Assembly (NCBI GenBank): GCA_965217865.1 | Contig: CBDCJO010000001.1 | Location: forward strand, 160,001-224,000 | DNA length: 64,000 nucleotides | Direction of reading: 5' to 3' | DNA from: Candidatus Latescibacterota bacterium | GTDB lineage: Bacteria; Latescibacterota; UBA2968; SICM01 | Part shown: positions 49,063 to 58,458 of the stretch, piece by piece | How positions within the stretch are numbered: position 1 is the first letter of the stretch | How the letters are laid out: each line of letters begins with the position of its first letter | Program-made: the position numbers and the translations under genes | Notes under the pieces: generated by a model | The model's database searches: none | Seen by the model: the letters and a program-made list of their open reading frames with translations, nothing else | What the model was told of the DNA's origin: nothing

Positions 49063-50336
49063 CGACGCTTACGGATAAACTCAAGTCTCTGTCGGTTCAG
49101 GGCGTTTCGCTCGACAATCCCCGGGCCTCTTCGGCGCATCCTATCGATCAGGTTCTTCCATGCCGTAACCATGCCACCGACCGGGGGGAGGCCTTCCTCG
49201 TTGAGACAATCCACCCGCGGGATTATCGCCACGGTCGCTGCCCGATATATCCCCGGGCTTCGCTGAGGTCCTTTTTAGAGGGGTTGAAACAACCGGACCT
49301 CCCGTCGCTCGAACCCCGCCATTTCGCATATCTGGACACCGAGACCACCGGGCTTGTGGGCGGAACGGGCACATATGCCTTTCTGATCGGGGTTGGACGC
49401 TTCGATGGCCACCAGTTCCGCCTGGCGCAATTTTTTATGCGGGACCCGATCGAGGAGCCTGCGGTTTTGGCAGCGCTATCTAATTTTTTGCAGCCTTGCA
49501 GGGCCCTCGTAACCTTCAACGGAAAGGCCTTCGACCTCCCTCTCTTGAACACACGCCACATCGTAAACGGCACACATCCTTCTCTGGCCGTCTTCCCGAA
49601 CATAGACCTCCTCCCAATCGCTCGGCGAATCTGGCGCCACACCCTTTCCAACAGGTCCCTCGGAAATCTCGAGGAAAAAATCATTGGGGCAGAGCGAACA
49701 CACCTGGACGTTCCGGGTTGGATGATCCCCGGGATTTATTTCGATTACCTTAGGTCCGGCGATGGCCGACCCCTTAAAAGCGTGTTTTATCACAATGCGA
49801 TGGACATCCTCTCCCTCGCAGCCCTGTTCAATCACCTCGCGAGAATGCTCGAAGACCCCATCAATCGGGTTGTATTCGGCCCCGAACTCTACGGAATCGG
49901 AACCATTTACGAAGATCTGGGACATTTCGAGGCCGCTGCCGGGATCTACGAACAGGGGTTGAACCATCCCTTGCCGGAAGATGTTCGTGACAAGATCCTT
50001 CGGAAGTTGTCATACCTGGAACGACGTCGCGGGAATCTATCCGGAGCCGTCGATTTGTGGCTCAGATCCGCCCGTCACGGGAAGGTGTATGCCCACGTTG
50101 AATTGGCCAAATATCACGAACACAAAAGACGCGATTATCGGAGGGCAAAGCAGTGGACCCTCACGGCGATCGATCTGGTCAATCAGGGAGGACTCCCGCC
50201 ATACAACCGTGGCAGGTGGCTTCGGGATCTGGACAGAAGACTTGGACGCCTTCGGAGAAAAGCGGATAAAAGTGCGTTTGAAAACCTGAAGGACGCAGGG
50301 CCTTTCTCCCGGGACACATCGCTAAGGGTCTCTTGA
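49059..50336 (+). CDS. YprB/MrfB-like RNase H-fold (DEDD) exonuclease with TPR
   Basis: YLDTETTGL, TFNGKAFDLP, YHNAMDILSL, then TPR-like helices and ELAKYHEH; ATGA overlap with the helicase stop. Confidence 0.88.
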   Translation: MTTLTDKLKSLSVQGVSLDNPRASSAHPIDQVLPCRNHATDRGEAFLVETIHPRDYRHGRCPIYPRASLRSFLEGLKQPDLPSLEPRHFAYLDTETTGLVGGTGTYAFLIGVGRFDGHQFRLAQFFMRDPIEEPAVLAALSNFLQPCRALVTFNGKAFDLPLLNTRHIVNGTHPSLAVFPNIDLLPIARRIWRHTLSNRSLGNLEEKIIGAERTHLDVPGWMIPGIYFDYLRSGDGRPLKSVFYHNAMDILSLAALFNHLARMLEDPINRVVFGPELYGIGTIYEDLGHFEAAAGIYEQGLNHPLPEDVRDKILRKLSYLERRRGNLSGAVDLWLRSARHGKVYAHVELAKYHEHKRRDYRRAKQWTLTAIDLVNQGGLPPYNRGRWLRDLDRRLGRLRRKADKSAFENLKDAGPFSRDTSLRVS

Positions 50337-51607
50337 GCAACCGGAACGCTTCGGATCACCAGGACATCCAGGGGCAGATCGACCGCGCCCTGAGGCGTAA
50401 CTTCTCCGTACTCGCCTTAAACCAGATCACGTTGCGGATGGGGTGGATCTTACGCACAGAATCGGTCATCATCCCGGGATTTCTCGATCACCTGGGTGCC
50501 TCCGGCCTCCTGCGGGGACTCCTTCCCACGGTCAGCCGAATCGGCTCAAGCTTCTCGCAACTGCTTGTCACCCCCTCCTTATCCCAACTCCACCGCCAGA
50601 AGTGGGCATATATTACAGCCAGCGGCCTGCTTGGCCTCCCTTGGATCTTCATCGGTCTCCTCCTGTTGTTCACCTCCCTTCCTCCCGCCACGATGCTCTC
50701 TATCTTCATGGTGCTTTACTCGATCAGCGCCGTTGGGTACGGCCTTTCCACCCTCACCTTCGGGACCATCCAGGGTAAACTCATTCCGCCTCGCAGAAGG
50801 GGAAGGCTTCTGGCGGTTTTCGGCGTGAGGGGAGGCCTGCTCTCCCTCGGCATCGCGGCCATTCTCCTCCCCCTCTACCTGACGGATCTAAAGGCTTCAT
50901 ACGGCCCGATTTTTCTCCTGTGCGGCTCGTTCTTTGTCTGTGCCACCCTGATTCTCCTCGGGATACGCGAACCCCCACGGCCGCAACGGGGCGTTCCGCC
51001 GAAACTTCACGGGTTCATCGAGGATTCGCTCAGAATCATACGAAAAGACAAGAACTTCCGCGTTCTGATTCTGGTTGTAATGCTGATGTACCTCACGCTT
51101 CTCCTGTTCCCGCACTACACCGTTTTCGGCATGAGGCGGGTCGGGGTAGAACCTCACGGCTTTGTGACCCTCGTCATCGCGCAAAACAGTGTTTTTGCCT
51201 TGGCCTCATTCTTCATGGGGAACCTCGCTGACCGACGGGGAAATCGGGCGATGCTCAGACTCGTGGCCTGGGTTGCCGCGCTGGTGCCCCTCCTGGCCGT
51301 GATCATCTCCCTTTTACCGCCCGGGATCGGCAAAAGCCTCTATCCTCTCGTCTACGCCTGTATCGGATTTACGCCGGTATCCCAGCGCATTGTCACAAAC
51401 TACACCCTGGAGATCGCCCCCAAAGAACGGCACACCCAGTACCTGGGGATCCTGAATGTCCTGCAGAACATCCCAATTTTTTTCGCCCCACTGGTGGGCT
51501 GGACAATCGACGTGGTCTCTTTCGAGCCTGTCTTCATTTGTTTCACCGTCCTGATGTTGTTCGGAGCCCTGTTGTCCGTCTGGTTGAAAGAACCCCGAAA
51601 CGGCTGA
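50333..51607 (+). CDS. MFS transporter
   Basis: About 12 TM helices; IPPRRRGR and GNLADRRG loop motifs. Confidence 0.88.
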   Translation: MSNRNASDHQDIQGQIDRALRRNFSVLALNQITLRMGWILRTESVIIPGFLDHLGASGLLRGLLPTVSRIGSSFSQLLVTPSLSQLHRQKWAYITASGLLGLPWIFIGLLLLFTSLPPATMLSIFMVLYSISAVGYGLSTLTFGTIQGKLIPPRRRGRLLAVFGVRGGLLSLGIAAILLPLYLTDLKASYGPIFLLCGSFFVCATLILLGIREPPRPQRGVPPKLHGFIEDSLRIIRKDKNFRVLILVVMLMYLTLLLFPHYTVFGMRRVGVEPHGFVTLVIAQNSVFALASFFMGNLADRRGNRAMLRLVAWVAALVPLLAVIISLLPPGIGKSLYPLVYACIGFTPVSQRIVTNYTLEIAPKERHTQYLGILNVLQNIPIFFAPLVGWTIDVVSFEPVFICFTVLMLFGALLSVWLKEPRNG

Positions 51608-51717
51608 AAACCGGATAGCTCCTCTAAAGATCCCTTGCAGCCGTGGCGCAACTTTCCTATATTCAGAAAGTACTGGTATCCTGCTTCATTCACCCAAGTC
51701 CGTACTCGGAGGTCACC

Positions 51718-52320
51718 ATGCGAAAACTGACCCTCTCAATTTCGATCGTTTCCTTCTGTATCGGTTCTGTTCTCCATGCCGAGGAGGAAGGGATCATGCA
51801 CTTCCTTTCCGGGAACGTTCGGGTGAATGGAGAGAAGGCCACCGTCGGCATGGTAATCCATAAAGGCGTAACCGTTGAGACCGGTCCTGAATCCGTAGCT
51901 GAAATCCGTTATGGTCACGAGACAAGCCTCCGCATCCGGGAGAAAAGCAGCGTAAAGATCGACCGGACCGCCAAAGCTTATCGCATCCTGCTTGCACACG
52001 GCACAATCCTCAACCTGGTAAAGCGAAATTCCGAGTTTGAAGTTCGGACCCCCAACACCGTTGCCGGGGCCCGTGGAACCATCTTTTTTGTGCACGTGTT
52101 AGACGATACATCCGCCTATATCTGTACCTGTAACGGGACGGTGGACCTCCGGGATGGGGAGAGGGTGTTAAAAACCGTGAGCGCCTCCCACCATCGGCCT
52201 TATCGCATCTACGGCAAACCGGGGCAAATCGCTATGGAGGATCAGGGGATGATGATGCACACGGATGTCGAGATCTTCGAAATGCGTTACCGGATGGAAC
52301 AGGAACCCGTCAAAGAGTGA
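51718..52320 (+). CDS. FecR-domain exported protein
   Basis: Signal peptide; VETGPES.AEI, FEVRTPNTVAGARGT.F. Confidence 0.82.
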   Translation: MRKLTLSISIVSFCIGSVLHAEEEGIMHFLSGNVRVNGEKATVGMVIHKGVTVETGPESVAEIRYGHETSLRIREKSSVKIDRTAKAYRILLAHGTILNLVKRNSEFEVRTPNTVAGARGTIFFVHVLDDTSAYICTCNGTVDLRDGERVLKTVSASHHRPYRIYGKPGQIAMEDQGMMMHTDVEIFEMRYRMEQEPVKE

Positions 52321-52568
52321 CCCCTTAATTCATTATTCAATCGCTTCGCCCCCAGGGCAACCCCTCGAACATTCCCCCCATCCCACCCTCCGTTTAAATA
52401 GAATCGCCCCTCTCCCATATCGGTCACCACGAGGGCTCCTACTGGAAGAAGGGCGCGAACTTCGGCTCACCCCAGAACCGAGTTCTTCCATAAAATATCG
52501 TCATGCCCGAAATTAAAACCGTGTGAAGCGTCACGGGTTTGGGGTGATATGAATCACACATACCCATT

Positions 52569-53198
52569 ATGCGTCTGATCATCATTCGTCACGGCGAAGT
52601 CTCCTGGAACTACGCGGTCGACAACGACCCTTCTCTGAATGAAAACGGTCATGAACAGGCCCGGCGCCTGGGGATGCGATTCGAGAACCTGCGGATCGAC
52701 CGGCTCTATTCGAGTCCCATGGTGCGGGCGAAGCAGACAACGGGCTACATCTCAAAGACCGTGGGCCTTGAGCCGGAGATCCTTCCCTGGCTTCGAGAGA
52801 TCCGATCTCCACTTCTGACCGAGGCAGAGATGGCGCAGGTGGAAGCCAGGCCCCTGGAGCAATGGTGGGACGGTTTTCCGGGGGAGGAAGAGACCTTTCG
52901 AACGTTTCAGGAGCGTGTTGCGACAGGGACCGATGCACTCCTGGATCGGCTCGGAGTAAGACTGGGAAGGGTATCGGAAGGGGCCCGGACGGGTCCCGAA
53001 AAACAGGTTTGCATCGTTTGCCACGCGGGTGTCGCCGCGACGATGGTGTGTCACCTGACCGGAATAGAGACCGTGCCGTGGGAGTGGTACCGCTTCGGGA
53101 TGGGCTACACCGGGGTGTCCCACGCTCGAATCAGGCCATTGTGCGACGCCGTCATCAGCACACTGACCCTGTTCAACTGCCGAAAACATCTCGACTAG
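52569..53198 (+). CDS. Histidine phosphatase family
   Basis: IRHGE, SSPMVRAKQT, LREI, VCHAG. Confidence 0.9.
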   Translation: MRLIIIRHGEVSWNYAVDNDPSLNENGHEQARRLGMRFENLRIDRLYSSPMVRAKQTTGYISKTVGLEPEILPWLREIRSPLLTEAEMAQVEARPLEQWWDGFPGEEETFRTFQERVATGTDALLDRLGVRLGRVSEGARTGPEKQVCIVCHAGVAATMVCHLTGIETVPWEWYRFGMGYTGVSHARIRPLCDAVISTLTLFNCRKHLD

Positions 53199-53204
53199 GC
53201 ATTG

Positions 53205-53289
53205 ATTTTTATGGGCTTTACGTTATTTTTTATGGGCTCTTGGGCACGATGAGAATCGTCTTGACTTGATTGGGGCTTATCTATATCTT
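53205..53289 (+). promoter_or_regulatory. Direct repeat plus sigma70 promoter upstream of the cyclase-caspase gene
   Basis: TTTTTATGGGCT at 53206-53217 and 53227-53238; TTGACT(53261-53266)-17 bp-TATCTT(53284-53289). Confidence 0.5.
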
Positions 53290-53407
53290 TTTCATATGCC
53301 GGGGGGTCCATTTCCCGGAATTTTCTTTTTTAACAATTGTCTTTATTCAATGTCCAGACGGTGGTCTTTGCCATCATCTGGCATAATAAGGGATCAAGGG
53401 GAAAGAT

Positions 53408-56400
53408 ATGGCCGGCACTGATGCGTGGTCCGATCTGAGAGAAGGGGCCATTCGGAAGTTCTGTTTCGTCGAGGTGGACCTGGCTGGACACTCGCTGATC
53501 GCCGCGAATAACTCCACGCGGGACGCCGAGGATACCTTCAGCAACTTCCTCGATTTCATCATAGAATGCGCCGAAAGCCATATGGGAAGGCCCTGGGGTA
53601 TCGCCGGGGACGGAGGGCTCTTTGCATTTTACGACGATGATGTAACGACGATGGCCGAGGAGGCGACAAAGAGCGCCCTTGAGATCATCGACAATCTGGA
53701 CGGATTCAACGAAACCAAGAGCAAGGTCAAAGAGGAGGTGCGGGCACGCATCGCGGTTCACCTTGGGGACGCCAAGTACCGCGAACAAACAGGCCGGATT
53801 CAGAGCGACGACATCAACTTCGTCGCCCATCTCGAAAAGGGTAAAACCAAACCCAATTCCGTTTCAATCTCCTCAGGCGTCTACAGGGAACTTGTACAAG
53901 ATGAACTTCGGACCCGGTTCCGCGACAATGGGATTTTCGAGGAGCGGTCCGTCTACACCTCCGCGCCCCCTTCTGAAGAGGATGAGGCCGAAGGCCCTGA
54001 ACCCGAATCCAAGCCGCCCGATGAACCCGGAGCCCCGCTCACGCTCGCAGAGATCAAAGACCGCTACGCCCTGGTCATCGGAATCAGCGATTACAGCGAC
54101 GAGTCCATCCCGAAACTGAAATACGCCGCCCAGGATGCCCAGGCTGTCCACGATACGCTGATTCAGTACAGCGACTTTAAAGAGGAGAATATCAAGCTTC
54201 TCTTGAACGAGCAGGCAACATACCGGGAGATCAAGTCCGCCCTCGGGACCTTCCTTCCGCGAAACGCGGAGGAAAACGATTCGGTTTTCATCTATTTTGC
54301 GGGGCACGGTTGCCCCGACGTGGACCATTCAGGGCACAACACAGAAGATAACATCGCAAAATATCTCGCCCCCTACGACGCGGTTCGGGATGATCTTTAC
54401 GCAACGGCCTTCCCCCTGGACGACATGAGCGCGATGCTTCAGCGAATCGCTTCCAAATATGTAGTCCTCGCCCTCGACACGTGTTATAGCGGTCAGGCCG
54501 GAAATGGACGGACCTTCGAGACCGTGAATACGCGTGCCGTCCTGAATAACGCCTTCCTGAACAGGATCTCCGGGGAGGGCCGTGTGATCCTCACAGCATC
54601 CGACGTGAATGAACTGTCGATGGAGCTCGACCAGTTCGGGCACGGCATCTTCACCCATCACCTCCTGGCCGGCCTTACGGGTGAGGCGGACACGGACAAC
54701 GATGGGGCCGTGAGTCTACAGGAGCTTTACGAATACATTTCCGAGAGGGTGACGAGAGACGCCATGTCGGCCGGAGGAAGGCAGCATCCCCTCCTGCGGG
54801 GTTCCATGCCGCTGAGGCTCCCGCTGACCATGGCGCAGTTCTCGAAGCCTGAAGCCAAAGTTATCGATCCTGTGAGCCGTGACCTTGAGGAAGCCATCCG
54901 TCTTCAGAGCGTCGGCCAGTTCGATGAAGCCGTGGAGCTCCTCTCCGGAGTCCTGCCAAACGCCGGCGATCGAGCGACCGAGGTCATGAGGGCCATTGCC
55001 AAGACCCGCCTCCTTAAAGGCGATGTGGAGGGTGCGCTCTCAGAATACCTGCGGGCAATTGAAGCCGACCCTTTATCTGCGGTCAGCCACGCGGATTATA
55101 GCGGGGCCCTGCTGAAAGCAGGGGATTACGTTGCCGCGATCGAAGCCCTTCGAAGGGCCGTTAAAATCGACCCGGAACTTCGGGACCAGGGCGTCCTGAT
55201 CGAGATGGATCTCGAGGCGAAAATTCGCGAAAATCCGTCCGATTGGAAATTGAGATTTGCCCTGGCCGGCACCCTGGTCCTGCAGGGAAATCTGGATGCC
55301 TCCGTCGAACAGATTCAACGCGCATCCGATGCCGTCACCGATGAGGACCTGGATACCCTGGCAAACGATTTTGCAGAAAATCCTGCCTTCGTTGATCTGC
55401 GTGCCACGGAGAAGGCATCGGAAGCTCTGACCCTGCTGAAATCCAGGCAGGAAGCGCTGGAGGGTTTCAGAGCCTGCCTGAAGGAGGGGGAGCAGCTTCG
55501 AAAAGACGGCAAAGTGGCCGCCGCCCGGAAGCGTTTTGCCGAAGGGGCGCAGAAATGGCCCCGGTATCAGGAGGTCCTGTCCAAGAAGGCCGCCGAAGTT
55601 GCTGCGGTGGAAGAAACCCTTAAGCAGTCCAACCTCGATCGGCTTACGAAGGAGCCATACCTGGACGATCTGGCCGAAAAGACCCTGGCTGCCAAGGATC
55701 GTTCGAAGGCAGGCGGGGGTGACCGCGAGGCCACGATGAACAAAGCCCGGTTAGAGGAGGCCCTTACATCCTCCGGCTACCTTCCCATCGACATGGATTC
55801 CGCCTTTAAGCTTTTTCTTAAGAAATACATTTCCCGTTCGGAGAAAGTGGTCGCGGAGAAGGCCGAGCACGCCAAGCGGCTGATCCAGGCTGATTTTCTG
55901 GACCGGGCGAAAGACGTGGTCGACACGATTCTGAGCATCAACCCTGCCCACCCGATGGGCAAAGCCCTTGCAAAGAGGCTTTCGAGCCTCAAACAGCAAC
56001 AGGCCGAGAGCACCAAGGCCATCACGATGGTTCAGAAACTGATCCGTGAACACGAATATGAGAAGGCCGTTTCTCTCCTCAAGGGCCAGGCAAAACTCCT
56101 CAGCAGTCGGAGGGAGTACGCTCAACTGCTGAAAATCGCCGAGGAGGGAAAGAGCCGGGAAGCCGCCGTGAAGTCCTTCTTCGCGGTGGCCGATCAGAAA
56201 GAGGCGCAAAAGAAGTGGATGGAGAGCTTTACCATCCTGACGCAGATCCGCCTGGCGCAACCGGATGACCCCAGGGTGGAGAAGCGTTACCAGCAGATCA
56301 AACGCAGGGTGCGGGAGTGGGAGAAGGGGAAGACGACGCAGGTCCCAGAGGGTATGCTCTTTGTACCCGCTGGGTATTTCGTCATGGGCGAGGCCGCAGA

Positions 56401-56644
56401 TGGAAAAAGGATTCGATCGCCTCGCCTGCCGGTGTTCGTGGACGGCTTCTACATCGATCGATGCCCGGTAACGATGGAACGCTATCGCGAATTTCTCGAT
56501 AAGATCGAGAAGTCAGATGACCACAGTCGGTGTCATCCCGACGAACCGAGGGGAAAGTCCCTCGCAGAGATAATCTTGGCGAATTTATGGATGCCATTCC
56601 CCTTTAGCCCCTGGGGGTATCCCGTACCGTCCAGCCGCTCGTGA
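53408..56644 (+). CDS. Class III nucleotide cyclase-like + caspase (C14) + TPR + truncated FGE-sulfatase multidomain protein
   Basis: VDLAGHS, AGDGG, RIAVHLG, INFVAHLE; ALVIGISDY, FAGHG, DTCYSG, HGIFT; TPRs; GMLFVPAGYFVMG..FYIDRCPVT..Y..F breaking off near 56560. Confidence 0.85.
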   Translation: MAGTDAWSDLREGAIRKFCFVEVDLAGHSLIAANNSTRDAEDTFSNFLDFIIECAESHMGRPWGIAGDGGLFAFYDDDVTTMAEEATKSALEIIDNLDGFNETKSKVKEEVRARIAVHLGDAKYREQTGRIQSDDINFVAHLEKGKTKPNSVSISSGVYRELVQDELRTRFRDNGIFEERSVYTSAPPSEEDEAEGPEPESKPPDEPGAPLTLAEIKDRYALVIGISDYSDESIPKLKYAAQDAQAVHDTLIQYSDFKEENIKLLLNEQATYREIKSALGTFLPRNAEENDSVFIYFAGHGCPDVDHSGHNTEDNIAKYLAPYDAVRDDLYATAFPLDDMSAMLQRIASKYVVLALDTCYSGQAGNGRTFETVNTRAVLNNAFLNRISGEGRVILTASDVNELSMELDQFGHGIFTHHLLAGLTGEADTDNDGAVSLQELYEYISERVTRDAMSAGGRQHPLLRGSMPLRLPLTMAQFSKPEAKVIDPVSRDLEEAIRLQSVGQFDEAVELLSGVLPNAGDRATEVMRAIAKTRLLKGDVEGALSEYLRAIEADPLSAVSHADYSGALLKAGDYVAAIEALRRAVKIDPELRDQGVLIEMDLEAKIRENPSDWKLRFALAGTLVLQGNLDASVEQIQRASDAVTDEDLDTLANDFAENPAFVDLRATEKASEALTLLKSRQEALEGFRACLKEGEQLRKDGKVAAARKRFAEGAQKWPRYQEVLSKKAAEVAAVEETLKQSNLDRLTKEPYLDDLAEKTLAAKDRSKAGGGDREATMNKARLEEALTSSGYLPIDMDSAFKLFLKKYISRSEKVVAEKAEHAKRLIQADFLDRAKDVVDTILSINPAHPMGKALAKRLSSLKQQQAESTKAITMVQKLIREHEYEKAVSLLKGQAKLLSSRREYAQLLKIAEEGKSREAAVKSFFAVADQKEAQKKWMESFTILTQIRLAQPDDPRVEKRYQQIKRRVREWEKGKTTQVPEGMLFVPAGYFVMGEAADGKRIRSPRLPVFVDGFYIDRCPVTMERYREFLDKIEKSDDHSRCHPDEPRGKSLAEIILANLWMPFPFSPWGYPVPSSRS

Positions 56645-57804
56645 ATCTGCCCGATGACCTCGGGGATAATCCGAGGCATGCTGCTTTGGGTGCTGACCAT
56701 CTCCGTACTATAAAGGGGGTGCTTTCGAATCTCTACAAACTCCTGAGGAGACAGTGGGGAGGTCTTGGTGACAATGGCCTCGGGAACCCGTACCATGCCC
56801 ACATCCTGGAGGAGGGCGATGACTCCCACGTCGAGCACATCCTGTTTGACCAGGTTCATCGCGACCGCCACTTCGGTGGCCAGGATAGAAACTTTGCACC
56901 CCTGGGCGAAAACGGGTGAGTTTTCATCATTCTTGTTCAGAACACCGAGCATGACATTTCCATCATTCATCAGGACGCTGAGGTTCTCGGCAACGATTTG
57001 GCGATGGTTTCGCAGCGCCCCGGTGCCCAGGCGAGGAGCCCCGGTCTGCTGATCCGAGGACAAGGTCTGCTCAAACTGATCCGCAGATTCGTCCATCACT
57101 TTCTTCACCTGCGAGACCCGCTGGGGCGTCCAGGGTGTCGGGGTCCTCTTGAAATGAACACCCAGCGCGGAATCCGCTGGGACTTTTTCGAGCTTCTGCC
57201 GGGTTTCGGTCCTTTCGGACTCAAACGTCTTCCGCACCACCCGGGGGGTCCTGGCCGGCCGCTGCCCCTTGACGCGGCCGATAAAGTTCCCCACGGCCAC
57301 AGTGACAAAGTCCCTGGGGTCCAGCAACTGATCCCCTTCCAACTGATATATCTTGTCGGGTTGCTCATTTGTGATCTTCTTCAACTCTCCGATATGATCG
57401 CCAGTCAGGGTTTTGTCCTCCTGCACCCAGAGGTAGGCATTCAACACTTTGTAGGTATCCGGCTCAATCCGATCCCCCTCTTGGAGCCCGTCCACTCTGA
57501 GGACCTTGTGATCCTTGGAAGGATCGTAGGATACCCCCTCCCGTCTGGCCAATAATACCGCTTTATGCTCCTCGGCTGTTAGGCTGTAGACGCCTGTTTT
57601 TGACCAGACCTTCAGGTTGGGGATATCCTCAGCCGATATCGGGACACCTGCGGTCAGCAGCAGCCTTCCGCTGCTGGCGTAGATAAAATGGCTGAGGGTC
57701 TGACCTGGCTTCACATTTTCGAAATTGAGGAAATCCATCAGGCTCCACCTGTTCGGGGGGACGAATGCTTGATTTCTTTCGAAAAATAGCGTGTTGTACG
57801 TCAT
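56533..57804 (-). CDS. Degenerate HD-GYP domain protein, C-terminally truncated
   Basis: LLQDVGM..VP..I..K...L...E...IRKHP, HERLDGTGYPQGLKG..I...AKII; the expected VAD.YDA..RPY segment is missing. Confidence 0.8.
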   Translation of the reverse strand: MTYNTLFFERNQAFVPPNRWSLMDFLNFENVKPGQTLSHFIYASSGRLLLTAGVPISAEDIPNLKVWSKTGVYSLTAEEHKAVLLARREGVSYDPSKDHKVLRVDGLQEGDRIEPDTYKVLNAYLWVQEDKTLTGDHIGELKKITNEQPDKIYQLEGDQLLDPRDFVTVAVGNFIGRVKGQRPARTPRVVRKTFESERTETRQKLEKVPADSALGVHFKRTPTPWTPQRVSQVKKVMDESADQFEQTLSSDQQTGAPRLGTGALRNHRQIVAENLSVLMNDGNVMLGVLNKNDENSPVFAQGCKVSILATEVAVAMNLVKQDVLDVGVIALLQDVGMVRVPEAIVTKTSPLSPQEFVEIRKHPLYSTEMVSTQSSMPRIIPEVIGQIHERLDGTGYPQGLKGNGIHKFAKIISARDFPLGSSG

Positions 57805-57862
57805 GAGTCAAGGCCAAAATTCAAGGTTTACACCCGGCAAAGGCCTCTGGACCCGTGACCCT

Positions 57863-58240
57863 TCACGACTTTCCCAGATAGGCGATGGCGTCCATAGCGA
57901 TTAACCATCGGTTCAGGACCACCTGAAAAGTAGATCGCGTCGGCAGGGGGGGGGTAAAATAGGTTTTGTAAACCTCGTTGAACTGTTGAAAATGACCCAA
58001 ATCTGATAAATACGCGGTGACTTTTACGACTTCTCCCAGGGTCCCCTCCCCCGCCTCCACGATGGCCTGTACGTTCTTAATGGTACGGGCGGTTTGCTCT
58101 TCTATCCCATCCCCTACAACCTCTCCAGTCTCAGGATCGACAGGTCCAACCAAAGAGACAAACAGGTAATCCCCGGCCCGCATGCCCTGAGAATATGGAC
58201 CCGGTTTGGGGGCGCGATCCGTGGATATCGGCTTATTCAT
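57863..58240 (-). CDS. RidA/YjgF family protein
   Basis: AP.PGPYSQ, VKVTAYL, FNEVY..YF..P.PTRS. Confidence 0.9.
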   Translation of the reverse strand: MNKPISTDRAPKPGPYSQGMRAGDYLFVSLVGPVDPETGEVVGDGIEEQTARTIKNVQAIVEAGEGTLGEVVKVTAYLSDLGHFQQFNEVYKTYFTPPLPTRSTFQVVLNRWLIAMDAIAYLGKS

Positions 58241-58458
58241 CTGGAGCCTCCTGTTTAAGAGTTGAGGATAAAGAGGAATTCGATGGGATCGGCCAGCCGC
58301 GGGGGGAAACCTGAACGTGTGGATAAAACCGATCCGGATCTGCGGGCTCTAATTCCGATGCGGACGAGGAAGCCGTGCGGTGGATGAGATCGACGCTTCG
58401 TTTCAACCCGATGAATATGAACCAATGGCGGACAGATGACGACAATCGTTTCCGTGAT

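Noticed and set aside
58241-58458. Possible small ORF or ncRNA between rel and ridA
   Set aside because: The ORF overlaps both neighbours, and no recognisable RNA structure was found.
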